Source: Ranitomeya imitator
Taxonomy: Eukaryota
Reading direction: 5' to 3'
Assembly: GCF_032444005.1 (NCBI RefSeq)
Contig: NC_091284.1
Span: 11,780,001 to 11,844,000 of the forward strand
Length of the DNA stretch: 64,000 nt
In this document: positions 43,727 to 57,450 of the stretch, piece by piece
How the letters are laid out: every line of letters begins with the position of its first letter
Numbering within the stretch: position 1 is the stretch's first letter
Translations under genes and position numbers: made by a program
Notes under the pieces: generated by a model
What the model was told of the DNA's origin: nothing
The model's database searches: none
Seen by the model: the letters and a program-made list of their open reading frames with translations, nothing else

Positions 43727-46700
43727 TCTACTATATAATTGTCTAAGGGTCACTTCCGTCTGTCTTTCTGTCACGGTTATTCATTCGCTGATTGGTCTCG
43801 CCAGCTGCCTGTCATGGCTGCCTGGACCAATCAGCGACGGGCACAGTCCGGAAGAAAATGGCCGCTCCTTACTCCCCGCAGTCAGTGCCCGGCGCCCGCA
43901 TACTCCCCTCCGGTCACCGCTAACACAGGGTTAATGCCGGCGGTAACGGACCGCGTTATGCCGCGGGTAACGCACTCCGTTACCGCCACTATTAACCCTG
44001 TGTGTCCCCAACTTTTTACTATTGACGCTGCCTATGCGACATCAATAGTAAAAAATGTAATGTTAAAAATAATTTTAAAAAAATAAACCTGCTATACTCA
44101 CCCTCTGTAGTCCGCTGAGCCGCTCCCGCCGGCCGCCATCTTCCGCTGCAGTTTCTGGTGGCAAAGATGGTATGGCAGAAGGACATGTGACGCTGCTGTG
44201 GACTACAAGGGACCTTCGGAAAGTTGAGTATATGTTTGTTTTTTATTTTTTCACCTGTGACAAACCTGGCTGGGCAATATACTGCGTAGCTGGGCAATAT
44301 ACTGCGTAGCTGGGCAATATACTACGTGACTGGACAATATACTACGTGACTGGGCAATATACTACGTGACTGGGCAATATACTACGTGACTGGGCAATAT
44401 ACTACGTGTCTGGGCAATATACTACGTGTCTGGGCAATATACTACGTGGCTGGGCAATATACTACGTGGCTGGGCAATATACTACGTGACTGGGCAATAT
44501 ACTACGTGACTGTGCAATATACTACGTCACTGGGCAATATACTACGTGGCTGGGCAATATACTACGTGACTGGGCAATATGCTACGTGGCTGGGCAATAT
44601 ACTACGTGACTGTGCAATATACTACGTCACTGGGCAATATACTACGTGGCTGGGCAATATACTACGTGACTGGGCAATATACTACGTGGCTGGGCAATAT
44701 ACTACGTGACTGTGCAATATACTACGTCACTGGGCAATATACTACGTGGCTGGGCAATATACTACGTGACTGTGCAATATACTACGTCACTGGGCAATAT
44801 ACTACGTCGCTGGGCAATATACTACGTGGCTGGGCAATATACTACGTGACTGGGCAATATACTACGTCACTGGGCAATATACTACGTGACCGGGCAATAT
44901 ACTACGTGACTGGGCAATATACTACGTGGCTGGTCAATATACTACGTGATTGGGCAATATACTACGTGGCTGGGCAATATACTACGTGACTGGCCAATAT
45001 ACTACGTGGCTCTGTGCTGTATACTACTTCGCTGTGCAATATACTACGTGGCTGGGCAATATACTACGTGGCTGGGCAATATACTACATCGCTGGGCAAT
45101 ATACTACATTACTGGGCAATATACTACGTGACTGGGCAATATACTACGTGACTGGGCAATATACTACGTGGCTGGGCAATATACTATGTGGCTGTGCTGT
45201 ATACTACGTGGCTGGGCAATATACTACGTGGCTGGGCAATATACTACGTGGCTGGGCAATATACTACGTGACTGGGAAATATACTACGTGGCTGTGCAAT
45301 ATACTATGTGACTGGCCAATATACTATGTGGCTGGGCAATATACTACGTGGGCTGGGCAATATACTACGTGGCTCTGTGCTGTATACTACTTCGCTGTGC
45401 AATATATTACGTGGCTGGGCAATATACTACGTGGCTGGGCAATATACTACGTGGCTGGGCAATATACTACGTCACTGGGCAATATACTACATTACTGGGC
45501 AATATACTACGTGACTGGGCAATATACTACGTGGCTGGGCAATATACTACGTGGCTGGGCAATATACTACATCACTCGGCAATATACTACGTCACTGGGC
45601 AATATACTACGTGGCTCTGTGCTGTATACTACTTCGCTGTGCAATATACTAACTACGTCGCTGGGCAATATACTACGTGGCTGGGCAATATACTACGTGG
45701 CTGGGCAATATACTACGTGGCTGGGCAATATACTACATCGCTGGGCAATATACTACATCACTGGGCAATATACTACGTGACTGGGCAATATACTACGTGA
45801 CTGGGCAATATACTATGTGCCTGGGCAATATACTACATGGCTGGGCAATATACTACGTGGCTGGGCAATATACTACGTCACTGGGCAATATACTACGTCA
45901 CTGGGCAATATACTACGTGACTGGGCAATATACTATGTCAGTGGGCAATATACTACGTGACCGGGCAATATACTACGTGACTGGGCAATATACTACGTGG
46001 CTGGTCAATATACTACGTGATTGGGCAATATACTACGTGGCTGGGCAATATACTACGTGACTGGCCAATATACTACGTGGCTCTGTGCTGTATACTACTT
46101 CGCTGTGCAATATACTACGTCGCTGGGCAATATACTACGTGGCTGGGCAATATACTACGTGGCTGGGCAATATACTACATCGCTGGGCAATATACTACAT
46201 TACTGGGCAATATACTACGTGACTGGGCAATATACTACGTGACTGGGCAATATACTACGTGGCTGGGCAATATACTATGTGGCTGTGCTGTATACTACGT
46301 GGCTGGGCAATATACTACGTGGCTGGGCAATATACTACGTGGCTGGGCAATATACTACGTGGCTGGGCAATATACTACGTGACTGGGCAAAATACTACGT
46401 GGCTGTGCAATATACTATGTGACTGGCCAATATACTATGTGGCTGGGCAATATACTACGTGGGCTGGGCAATATACTACGTGGCTCTGTGCTGTATACTA
46501 CTTTGCTGTGCAATATATTACGTGGCTGGGCAATATACTACGTGGCTGGGCAATATACTACGTGGCTGGGCAATATACTACGTCACTGGGCAATATACTA
46601 CATTACTGGGCAATATACTACGTGACTGGGCAATATACTACGTGGCTGGGCAATATACTACGTGGCTGGGCAATATACTACGTGGCTGGGCAATATACTA

Positions 46701-47417
46701 CATCACTCGGCAATATACTACGTCACTGGGCAATATACTACGTGGCTCTGTGCTGTATACTACTTCGCTGTGCAGTATACTACGTCGCTGGGCAATATAC
46801 TACGTGGCTGGGCAATATACTACGTGGCTGGGCAATATACTACGTGGCTGGGCAATATACTACATCGCTGGGCAATATACTACATTACTGGGCAATATAC
46901 TACGTGACTGGGCAATATACTACGTGACTGGGCAATATACTATGTGCCTGGCAATATACTACGTGGCTGGGCAATATACTACGTGGCTGGGCAATATACT
47001 ACATCGCTGGGCAATATACTACATTACTGGGCAATATACTACGTGACTGGGCAATATACTACGTGACTGGGCAATATACTATGTGGCTGTGCTGTATACT
47101 ACGTGGCTGGGCAATATACTACGTGACTGGGCAATATACTATGTGGCTGGGCAATATACTATGTGGCTGGGCAATATACTAAGTGGCTGGGCAATATACT
47201 ACGTGGGCTGGGCAATATACTACGTGACTGGGCAATATACTACTTGGCTGGGCAATATACTACGTGACTGGCCAATATACTATGTGGCTGTGCTGTATAC
47301 TACGTGGCTGGGCAATATACTACGTCACTGGGCAATATACTAGGTGGCTGGGCAATATACTACGTGAACATACATATTCTAGAATACCCGATGCGTTAGA
47401 ATCGGGCCACCATCTAG
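43727..47417 (+). mobile_element. Non-autonomous Helitron carrying a 3.1-kb 20-bp minisatellite
   Basis: A|TC 5' start, subterminal hairpin CCCGATGCGTTAGAATCGGG, CTAG|T 3' end; internal array tgggcaatatactacgtggc at 44265-47370. Confidence 0.85.
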
Positions 47418-48223
47418 TAGTAAAATAAATGTCAAGAAATGTTATATAAATAATAATGCAAAAAATAAAAAAAAAACTGATGACATGTGCACCTAAAAGG
47501 TGAATAACTGTACAGGTGAAAGGTACGGCGGAGATATTAACCCCGTACTTCTCCGTTCTACGATGAGCGGCCGGTGCCGATATCATTCAGCAGCGCAGAG
47601 ATCAAGGTTCACGCCGAATATCACTAACTGTTTATCACAAGAAGACGTACGGCTGCGACTGAGCTGTTGATAAAGCCCCGGCTGGAGAGTATTCACCCAC
47701 GGGGACTGAGGGAGCTGAGGTTGGTAAGTGACAGACTTACCAACTTAGTATCTCCTCTTCTCAGACCCTGACTACTTATTAATCAGATACCTGACTGCAG
47801 CAGGAGCCTCTCCCCTCTGTGCTATCTACAATAGACAAGTTAGGTCAAGCCGCTCCCCCTGACTAAGCCCCACCCTCCTCAGTTTCCATATAACTATGAA
47901 GGAGATGATGAGAGTATTACCTCCGGGCTTCTCTACAAGATTTCTACAGATCGGTTCCCCCAGGATCCGATCCGATTACATCTATTGGATTTACAAGCCA
48001 CGGACCCCACACCCTGAGCGATATGAGTGCTGCGTACCCCTGTATAAGACACTAGACCACCAGGGATTATTCCTCATACATACAGAACATTACATTATCT
48101 CCATCCGGGATCGGACATCACATTATATCAGTTTATTATGGAGGAGTCGGCTCTTGTACGATGTCAGACGCTCAGAGCTCATTGTGTATAAGAGAGACCA
48201 TCACTGACTCCTGATCTCCATTA

Positions 48224-48280
48224 TATCTGGACATGCATATTCTAGAATACCCGATGCGTTAGGATCGGGCCACCATCTAG
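48224..48280 (+). mobile_element. Second Helitron 3' terminus
   Basis: catattctagaatacccgatgcgttaggatcgggccaccatctag|t, one difference from 47372-47417. Confidence 0.8.
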
Positions 48281-48439
48281 TATCTGTATAATCCTCAATA
48301 ACCGCTGTAATATGGAGGGGATCTCCTATATGCCGCCATTATTCATTCTGCTACAGCGCCCTCTAGTGCTATCAGCTGGGAACTACTTTATTACATTCAG
48401 AATGTCTTAATGCACTTTTACTTTCATGTAGTTTTTATT

Positions 48440-49413
48440 TTATTTATTTTTTTATTTACAGTTCAATAAAGTATATTAATAACATTTGGGGCCAAAAAAT
48501 ACAAAAATAAAAGTTTATCTTGTTACAAGTATTAAAAAATACTCACAAACATCATAATTGTAACAACCCACCTAATAATGTGCTTTATTTAAACTACTTG
48601 GTAAACAGCATAAAAAAAGTGATCAGATGACTCCAAGCTGAAGGCTCCTAAGTGAACTAAAACCTAAACTGAAACGTGAAGAAAAAAGTAAAAAAAATTA
48701 AAAAAAAACTGTAACAAAACCACATAAAATTCCAGGTCCCCGACCTTTCCCCAATTACATTTAAAGATATTAAGAAGATTGAAATACATGAATATAATTG
48801 TTATTGGCGCATCAGGGAAAGTCTGGCCTACAAAAATATAAAATGATTAAACACCATGAAGCAAAAATAAAATAGAACCTCAGCAAAAACGGGAATAAAA
48901 AGTGATCACAACATTGTATGTACCAAAGTGACATAAATAAAAGCATCCGATCACCGGGGAAAAAAAAAACAAGCCGGGTCATGACTTAATCAAAGGAAAA
49001 ACTAAAAAATAGGAATAACTGAGTATGGTCAAATAAACCATTAAAAAAAAAATCTGATTTTTTTCCCACCACTCTTAATAATAAATATATGTATCAGTAT
49101 ACACAGGTTTGGTACCGCCGGATTCGCACTAACGTAGAGAATCGTTACCAGATCATATTTACTACATCATAGAAGCTGAAAGAGCAGTGGTAGAAGTGCA
49201 TTTATGTCATGTTTCACTGCACTTAGACTTCTTTTCTGTTTTCATTACATTATATAGTAAAGGGAATTATGTCATTTAAAGCTAAAACTCGTCCCGCAAA
49301 AAACTAAACCTCATACGGCGGTCAACGGAAACATAACAAAATGATGGCTCTTTAGAAGAACGGGAGGATAAAACAAAAATGCAAAAACAAAAATTGGCTG
49401 CAAAGGGAAGAGG
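48440..49413 (-). mobile_element. Partial TTAA-terminated non-autonomous element
   Basis: Ends in aaagggaagagg-TTAA; aaactcgtcccgcaaaa motif is the reverse complement of the 57670-57690 region. Confidence 0.55.
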
Positions 49414-50329
49414 TTAAGGAATAAGCCAATACAAGGAATAACTTCCTATGAACTGAAGATGGTGGTTTTTCAATCCTATAGATTTTTCTGGAAGCAGAAC
49501 ATCTCCAGAGAGGAGCAGCCGGACAGCAGACCCTAAAGAGAAGAGGAGAGCCGTCAGCACAGAGCGCAGTACAGAGAGAAATCCGACAAGACAGTATGGC
49601 TGACGTCAGCGCTGAGCACCTGCCGTCTCCTCCTCGGCCTCCACATCTTATTAGAAGACTACCAGGCGCTGGCTGCCATGTTGTACCGGGAAGGACTGGT
49701 CATCTATCAGGAAACTCAGGTAACCACTGCCCCCCAAGTAATAGTTGTGGGGCGCCCTAAGGAGGTCTTAAGATTAGGGTCTCAGGTCTGGGTTCTGAAT
49801 TTTGAAGATGATTTAAGTGAATTTAGAGTTGAATGCAGTCAAGGAGGATTAAGGTACCAGGGTCCGGGCTGCTCAAGCTCAAGGGGTCCCCGGTCACCGG
49901 ACATCATATGATGGAGTCATGGGATGAGTAACATCAGGATACAACTCATCAGTAAGTAGAGAGGAGCCTGGAATATCCTGAAGCCGGCACAGACGCCTCA
50001 GTTATGTTATCTGAGCCCTCGGAGCAGCAATGCTGAGAACTGTCGATCTTTATCGTTAGTTATATAATAGGTCAGATTCGTCCACGGGGAAGAATCAGCA
50101 CAAAAAGGCTCCTCTGATTGTCGGTCTCTAGTTCTGGACGGGCCGTAAATGGCGGCAGCACAAGATTCTGTCTCTACTGCGCTGAATAGCGCAACAACAT
50201 TGCAACTTGTGCAATATTCATCGTGCAATATTTTCAAAGCGTGTTGTGGTTTAACAGGACAGTTCAACAGGGCATGAGACAGGTAATCTATGCCAGATAC
50301 GCAAACAAACATGCTTTTTGTTCAGTTGT

Positions 50330-51255
50330 ACTACATTAACTACATTATTTATTTTCCATATTTCTTTGCTTAATCTTTGTTCTAGCTGCTACTCTCTTTT
50401 GCATTTACCACCCTTGAACACATCGTGCGCACTCTCTCCACATACATAAGTCCCTCTTTTCTTCCCTCTCCCATGTACAACGCTCAGGCCCTATTGACAT
50501 TTTCTCAATTACAACAAACCATCCACTAACCACAGGTCCTCCTTCCACTAGTATTTATAACTCTCTTCCTTCTGCATATAGAAACCCTGCTAATCTTATT
50601 AACATTCAGTGCTCAACTTCTCCTGTCTTTTTTAATTGTGCCCTCTGGAATACCAGGTCAGTGTGCAACAAACTCCCATACATTCACGACTTCTTCCTTT
50701 CTAATCTCCTTAACCTTCTGGCTCTCACTGAAACCTGGATCCAGCAGTTGAACACCTCCGTCGCTGCTTCTCTATCGTATGGGGGCTACAAGGTGGAGGT
50801 CTTGGTCTGCTCCTTTCATCACAATGTGCTTTCCAGGTTACACCCCCGATACTCTCACTTATGGTTCGTTCCTTTGAAGTCCGCACTGTTAGACTCTTCA
50901 AACCATTCTCCCTGTTGTCACTACCTACTTAACTAAAATATTTAACCTCTCTCTTTCTTCCGGTATCTTTCCCTTTTCATTCCAGCACACCATCATAACC
51001 CCTTTATTTAAAAAAAAACATCCCTCGACCAGAACTGCGCTGCTAACTACAGACCTGTCTCCAATCTCCCCTTCTTTTCTTAACTCCTGAAATGTTTGAT
51101 CCACTCTTGGCTAATCCACCATTTTTTTTTTCAGCTCACTCCCTTCTTGACCCTTTCACACTGAAACTGCCCTCACTAAAGTCTCTAATGATCTCCTCTT
51201 CATTATGCTCCACTCTACCAGCCTCAAGGACATTGTTCTCTCTTGGTTCTCTCCA
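50330..51255 (+). mobile_element. L2 LINE ORF2 remnant, internally deleted
   Basis: APE motif LLALTETW followed by RT-proximal NYRPVSNLPF in broken frames. Confidence 0.7.
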
Positions 51256-51257
51256 AT

Positions 51258-51739
51258 TTACAGATACTGGCTGGTAACCGGGTCATACATGTACATATAC
51301 AGATACTGGCTGGTAACCGGATCATACATGTACATATACAGATACTGGCTGATGACCGGATCTTACATGTACATATACACACATACTGGTGACCGGGTCA
51401 TACATGTACATATACAGATACTGGTGACCGAGTCATACATGAACATATACAGATACTGGTGACCGGGTCATACATGTACATATACAGATACTGGTGACCA
51501 GGTCATACATGTACATATACAGATACTGGTGACCGGGTCATACATGTAGATATACAGATACTGGTGACCAGGTCATACATGTACATATACAGATACTGGT
51601 GACCAGGTCATACATGTACATATACAGATACTGGCCGGTGACCAAATTATACATGTACATATACAGATACTGGCAGGTGACCGGATCATACATGTACATA
51701 TACAGATACTGGCCAGTGACCGGATCATACATGTACATA
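51258..51739. repeat. 35/39-bp minisatellite, block 1
   Basis: Unit catacatgtacatatacagatactgg(ccgg)tgaccggat. Confidence 0.93.
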
Positions 51740-52487
51740 CAGGGCCGGCGTCAGCACCCGGCGCACCGGGCAAATGTCGGGGCCCTGGGGAGAGAGGGGG
51801 GCCCACTCACGCTGTCATAGATACAGCTGGGAGAGCAGAGCAGGAGATAACATGCTTTCTCCGCCCACAAAGTCACTGCTGGCTGCGTTCTCTTAACCCC
51901 TATGTGCCAGCTCTGACACAAGCATCTTCTCACTCAGTGAGTGCAGCCAGGCAGGCGCACATAGGGGTTAAGAGAAGGCAGCCAATATGACATTGTTTGT
52001 GGGCAGAGAGAGCACGTTCTCTGCTCTGATCTCCGCCCCTGGCTGGCTGCCGTGCTGCTGAAGTTATGAGGCAGATTCAGGAGGAGCTCCTAGTCCTACC
52101 AGTGCCTGAGTGAGTGGCGCTGCTATATACTACGTGGGCTGCGCTGCTATATACTACGTGGGCTGCGCTGCTATATACTACGTGGGCTGCGCTGCTATAT
52201 ACTACGTGGGCTGCGCTGCTATATACTACGTGGTGTGCGCTGCTATATACTATGTGGGCTGCGCTGCTATATACTATGTGGCTGCGCTGCTATATACTAC
52301 ATGGGCTGCGCTGCTATATACTACGTGGGCTGTGCTATATACTACGTGGGCTGCTATATACTACATGGGCAGTGTTATATACTACATGGCTGTGTTTATA
52401 TGCGATCATGAATCGGAGTATGTGTTAAAGGGGGGACCCACTGAGACTCTTTCGCCCGGGGCCCTCAAAAACCTGGAGCCGGCCCTG
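51740..52487. mobile_element. hAT-type MITE with internal 24-bp minisatellite
   Basis: TIR CAGGGCCGGC / GCCGGCCCTG; exact 8-bp TSD TGTACATA; array gggctgcgctgctatatactacgt at 52113-52390. Confidence 0.88.
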
Positions 52488-53035
52488 TGTACATATACAG
52501 ATACTGGCCGGTGACCGGATCATACATGTACAGATACAGATACTGGCCGGTGACCGGATCATACATGTACATATACAGATACTGGTCGGTGATCGGGTCA
52601 TACATGTACATATACAGATACTGGCTGTTGACCGGATCATACATGTACATATACAGATACTGGCTGATGACCGGATCATACATGTACAGATACAGAAACT
52701 GGCCGGTGACCGGATCATACATGTACATATACACATACTGGCCGATGACCGGATCATACATGTACATATACACATACTGGCCGGTTACCAGATCATACAT
52801 GTACATATGCAGATACTGGCCAGTGACCGGATCATACATGTATATACGCAGATACTGGCCGGTGAGCAGATCATACATGTACATACACAGATACTGGCCG
52901 GTGACCGGATTATACATGTACATATACAGATACTGGCCGGTGACCGGATCATACATGTACATATACAGATACTGGACGGTGACCGAATCATACATGTACA
53001 GATACTGGCCGGTGACCGGATCATACATGTACATA
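52488..53035. repeat. 39-bp minisatellite, block 2
   Basis: Same unit as block 1. Confidence 0.93.
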
Positions 53036-56000
53036 CACTGTGTTCCAAATTATTATGCAAATTGGATTTAAGTGTCATAAAGATTTAATTGTTTTGTTTT
53101 TCAAATAAACTCATGGATGGTGTTGTGTCTCAGGGCTCAATGGATCACTGAAATCAATCTTAAGCACATGTGATAATTCGTTTTCCAGGTGATTCTAATT
53201 AAAGGAAAACTACTTAAAAATGTTGTTCCACATTATTAAGCAGGTCACAGTTTTCAAGTAACATGGGAAAGAAAAAGGATCTCTCTGCTGCTGAAAAGCA
53301 TCAAATAGTGCAATGCCTTGGTCTAGGGATGAAAACATTAGAAATTTTCCAAAAACTTAAGGGTGATCATCGTACTGTTAAGAGATTTGTGGCTGTATCT
53401 GAGCACAGATGTTTGTGCTGATAAAGGCATAATGAGGAAGATTTCTGCCAGGCAAGTTCATCAGATTAGGAGAGCAGGTGCTAAAAAGCCATTACAAACC
53501 AGCAAACAGATATTTGAAGCTGCTGGTCCCTCTAGAGTCCCTCGAACCTCAAGGTGTAGGATCCTTCAAAAGCTTGCTGTGGTGCGTAAACCTACTATTC
53601 GGTCACCCTTAAACAGTGTTCACAAGCAGAAATGGTTGCATTGGGCCCACACATACATGAAGACTATTTTCCAACAGTCTTGTTTACTGATAGGTGTTGA
53701 GTAACCCTGTATGGTCCAAATGGATGGAGTAGTGGATGGCCACCATGTCCCAACAAGGCTGCAACGTCAGCAAGGAGGTGGAGGAGTCATGTTTTGGGCC
53801 GGAATCATTGAGAAACAGCTGGTAGGGCCCTTTAACCCCTTTACCCCCAAGGGTGGTTTGCACGTTAATGACCGGGCCAATTTTTACAATTCTGACCACT
53901 GTCCCTTTATGAGGTTATAACTCTGGAACGCTTCAATGGATCCTGGTGATTCTGACATTGTTTTCTCGTGACATATTGTACTTCATGACAATGGTAAAAA
54001 TTATTTGATAGTACCTGCGTTTATTTGTGAAAAAAACGGAAATTTGGCGAAAATTATGAAAATTTCGCAATTTTCCAACTTTGAATTTTTATGCAATTAA
54101 ATCACAGAGATATGTCACACAAAATACTTAATAAGTAACATTTCCCACATGTCTACTTTACATCAGCACAATTTTGGAACCAAAATTTTTTTTTGTTAGG
54201 GAGTTATAAGGGTTAAAAGTTGACCAGCAATTTCTCATATCTACAACACCATTTTATTTTAGGGACCACATCTCATTTGAAGTCATTTTGAGGGGTCTAT
54301 ATGATAGAAAATACCCAAGTGTGACACCATTCTAAAAACTACACCCCTCAAGGTGCTCAAAACCATATTCAAGAAGTTTATTAACCCTTCTGGTGCTTCA
54401 CAGGAATTTTTTGAATGTTTAAATAAAAATGAACATTTAACTTTTTTTCACAAAAAATGTAATTCAGCTCCAATTTGTTTTATTTTACCAAGGGTAACAG
54501 GAGAAAATGGACCCCAAACATTGTTGTACAATTTGTCCTGAGTATGCCAATACCCCACATGTGGGGGTAAACCACTGTTTGGGCGCATGGCAGAGCTCGG
54601 AAGCGAAGGAGTGCCATTTGACTTTTCAATGCAAAATTGACTGGAATTGAGATGGGACGCCATGTTTCGTTTGGAGAGCCCCTGATGTGGCTAAACATTG
54701 AAACCCCCCACAAGTGACACCATTTTGGAAAGTAGACCCCCTAAGGAACTTATCTAGAGGTGTGGTGAGCACTTTGACCCAACAAGTGCTTCACAGAAGT
54801 TTATAATGTAGAACCGTAAAAATAAAAAATCATATTTTTTCACAAAAATTATCTTTTCGCCCCCAATTTTTTATTTTCCCAAGGGTAAGAGAAGAAATTG
54901 GACCCCAAAAGTTGTTGTACAATTTGTCCTGAGTACGCTGATAGCCCATATGTGGGGGTAAACCACTGTTTGGGCGGATGGGAGAGCTCGGAAGGGAAGG
55001 AGCGCCGTTTGACTTTTCAATGCAAAATTGACAGCAATTGAGATGGGACATCATGTTGCGTTTGAAGAGCCACTGATGTGCCTAAACATTGAAACCCCCC
55101 ACAAGTGACACCATTTTGGAAAGTAGACCTCCTAAGGAACTTATCTAGAGGTGTGGTGAGCACTTTGACCCACCAAGTGCTTCACAGAAGTTTATAATGT
55201 AGAACCGTAAAAATAAAAAATCATATTTTTTCACAAAAATTATCTTTTTGCCCCCAATTTTTTATTTTCCCAAGGGTAAGAGAAGAAATTGGACCCCAAA
55301 AGTTGTTGTACAATTTGTCCTGAGTACGCGGATACCCCATATGTGGGGGTAAACCACTGTTTGGGTGGATGGGAGAGCTCGGAAGGGAAGGAGCGCCGTT
55401 TGACTTTTCAAAGCAAAATTGACAGGAATTGAGATGGGACGCCATGTTGCGTTTGAAGAGCCACTGATGTGCCTAAACATTGAAACCCCCCACAAATGAC
55501 ACCATTTTGGAAAGTAGACCCCCTAAGGAACTTATCTAGAGGTGTGGTGAGCACTTTGACCCACCAAGTGCTTCACAGAAGTTTATAATGCAGAGCCGTA
55601 AAAATAAAACAAAATTTTTTTCCCACAAAAATTATTTTTTTAGCCCCCAGTTTTGTATTTTCCTGAGGGTAACAGGAGAAATTGGACCCCAAAATTTGTT
55701 GCCCAATTTGTCCTGAGTGCGATGATACACCATATGTGGGGGGAACCACTGTTTGGGCACATGGGAGGGCTCAGAAGGGAAGGAGTGCCATTTGAATGCA
55801 GACTTAGATGGAATGGTCTGCAGGTGTCACATTGCGTTTGCAGAGCCCCTAATGTACCTAAACAGTAGAAACCCCCCACAAGTGACACCATTTTGGAAAG
55901 TAGACCCCCTTAGGAACTTATCTAGATGTGTGCTGAGCGCTTTGACCCACCAAGGGCTTCACAGAAGTTTATAATGGAGAGCCGTAAAAATAAAACAAAA

Positions 56001-57054
56001 ATTTTTTCCCACAAAAATTATTTTTTAGCCCCCAGTTTTGTATTTTTCCGAGGGTAAAAGGAGAAATTCGACCCCACAATTTGTTGTCCAATTTGTCCTG
56101 AGTGCGCTGATACCCCATATGTGGGGGGGAACCACTGTTTGGGCGCATGGGAGGGCTCGGAAGGGAAGGAGCTCCATTTGGAATGAGGACTTAGATGGAA
56201 TGGTCTGCAGGTGTCACATTGCATTTGCAGAGCCCCTAATGTACCTAAACAGTAGAAACCTCCCACAAGTGACACCATTTTGGAAACTAGACCCCCTAAG
56301 GAACTCATCTAGATGTGTTGTGATAGCTTTGAACCCCCAAGTGTTTCACTACAGTTTGTAACGCAGAGCCGTGAAAATTAAAAAAAAAAATCTTTCCCCC
56401 CAAAATTATTTTTTAGCCCCCAGTTTTGTATTTTCCCGAGGGTAAGAGGAGAAATTCGACCCCAAAAGTTGTTGTCCAATTTGTCCTGAGTACGCTGATA
56501 CCCCGTATGTTGGGGGAAACCAACGTTTGAGCGCATGGCAGAGCTCGGAAGGGAAGGAGCGCCATTTGGAATGCAGACTTAGATGGAATGGTCTGCAGAC
56601 GTCACATTGCATTTGCAGAACCCCTAATGTACCTAAACAGTAGAAACCCCCCACAAGTGACCCCATATTGGAAACTAGACCCCCCAGGGAACTAATCTAG
56701 ATGTGTTGTGAGAACTTTGAACCCCCAAGTGTTTCACTACAGTTTATAACGCAGAGCCGTGAAAATAAAAAATCTTTTTTTTCCCACAAAAAATATGTTT
56801 TAGCCCCGAGTTTTGTATTTTCCCAAGGGTAGCAGGAGAAATTGGACCCCAAAAGTTGTTGTCCTATTTGTCCTGAGTACGCTGATACCCCATATGTTGG
56901 GGTAAACCCCTGCTTGGGCACACGGGAGAGCTCGGAAGGGAAGAAGCACTGTTTTACTTTTTCAACGCAGAATTGGCTGGAATTGAGATCAGACGCCATG
57001 TCGCGTTTGGAGAGCCCCTGATGTGCCTAAACAGTGGAAACCCCCCAATTATAA

Positions 57055-57450
57055 CTGAAACCCTAATCCAAACACATCCCTAACCCTAATCCCAACAGTA
57101 ACCCTAACCACACCTCTAACCCTGACACACCCCTAACCCTAATCCCAACCCTATTCCCAACCGTAAATGTAATCTAAACCCTAACTGTAACTTTAGCCCC
57201 AACCCAAACTGTNNNNNNNNNNNNNNNNNNNNNNNNNNNNNNNNNNNNNNNNNNNNNNNNNNNNNNNNNNNNNNNNNNNNNNNNNNNNNNNNNNNNNNNN
57301 NNNNNNNNNNNNNNNNNNNNNNNNNNNNNNNNNNNNNNNNNNNNNNNNNNNNNNNNNNNNNNNNNNNNNNNNNNNNNNNNNNNNNNNNNNNNNNNNNNNN
57401 NNNNNNNNNNNNNNNNNNNNNNNNNNNNNNNNNNAACCCTAGCCCTAATG
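57055..57450. repeat. Degenerate (CCCTAA)n-like tract flanking the assembly gap
   Basis: aaccctaa/accctaat variants on both sides of the Ns. Confidence 0.7.
57213..57434. other. Assembly gap (222 N)
   Basis: Run of N. Confidence 1.

Noticed and set aside
44386-47343. Many Trp/Tyr-rich ORFs
   Set aside because: Translations of the 20-bp Helitron-internal minisatellite.
57055-57450. True telomere or chromosome fusion point
   Set aside because: Highly degenerate and internal to a TE with intact TSDs.
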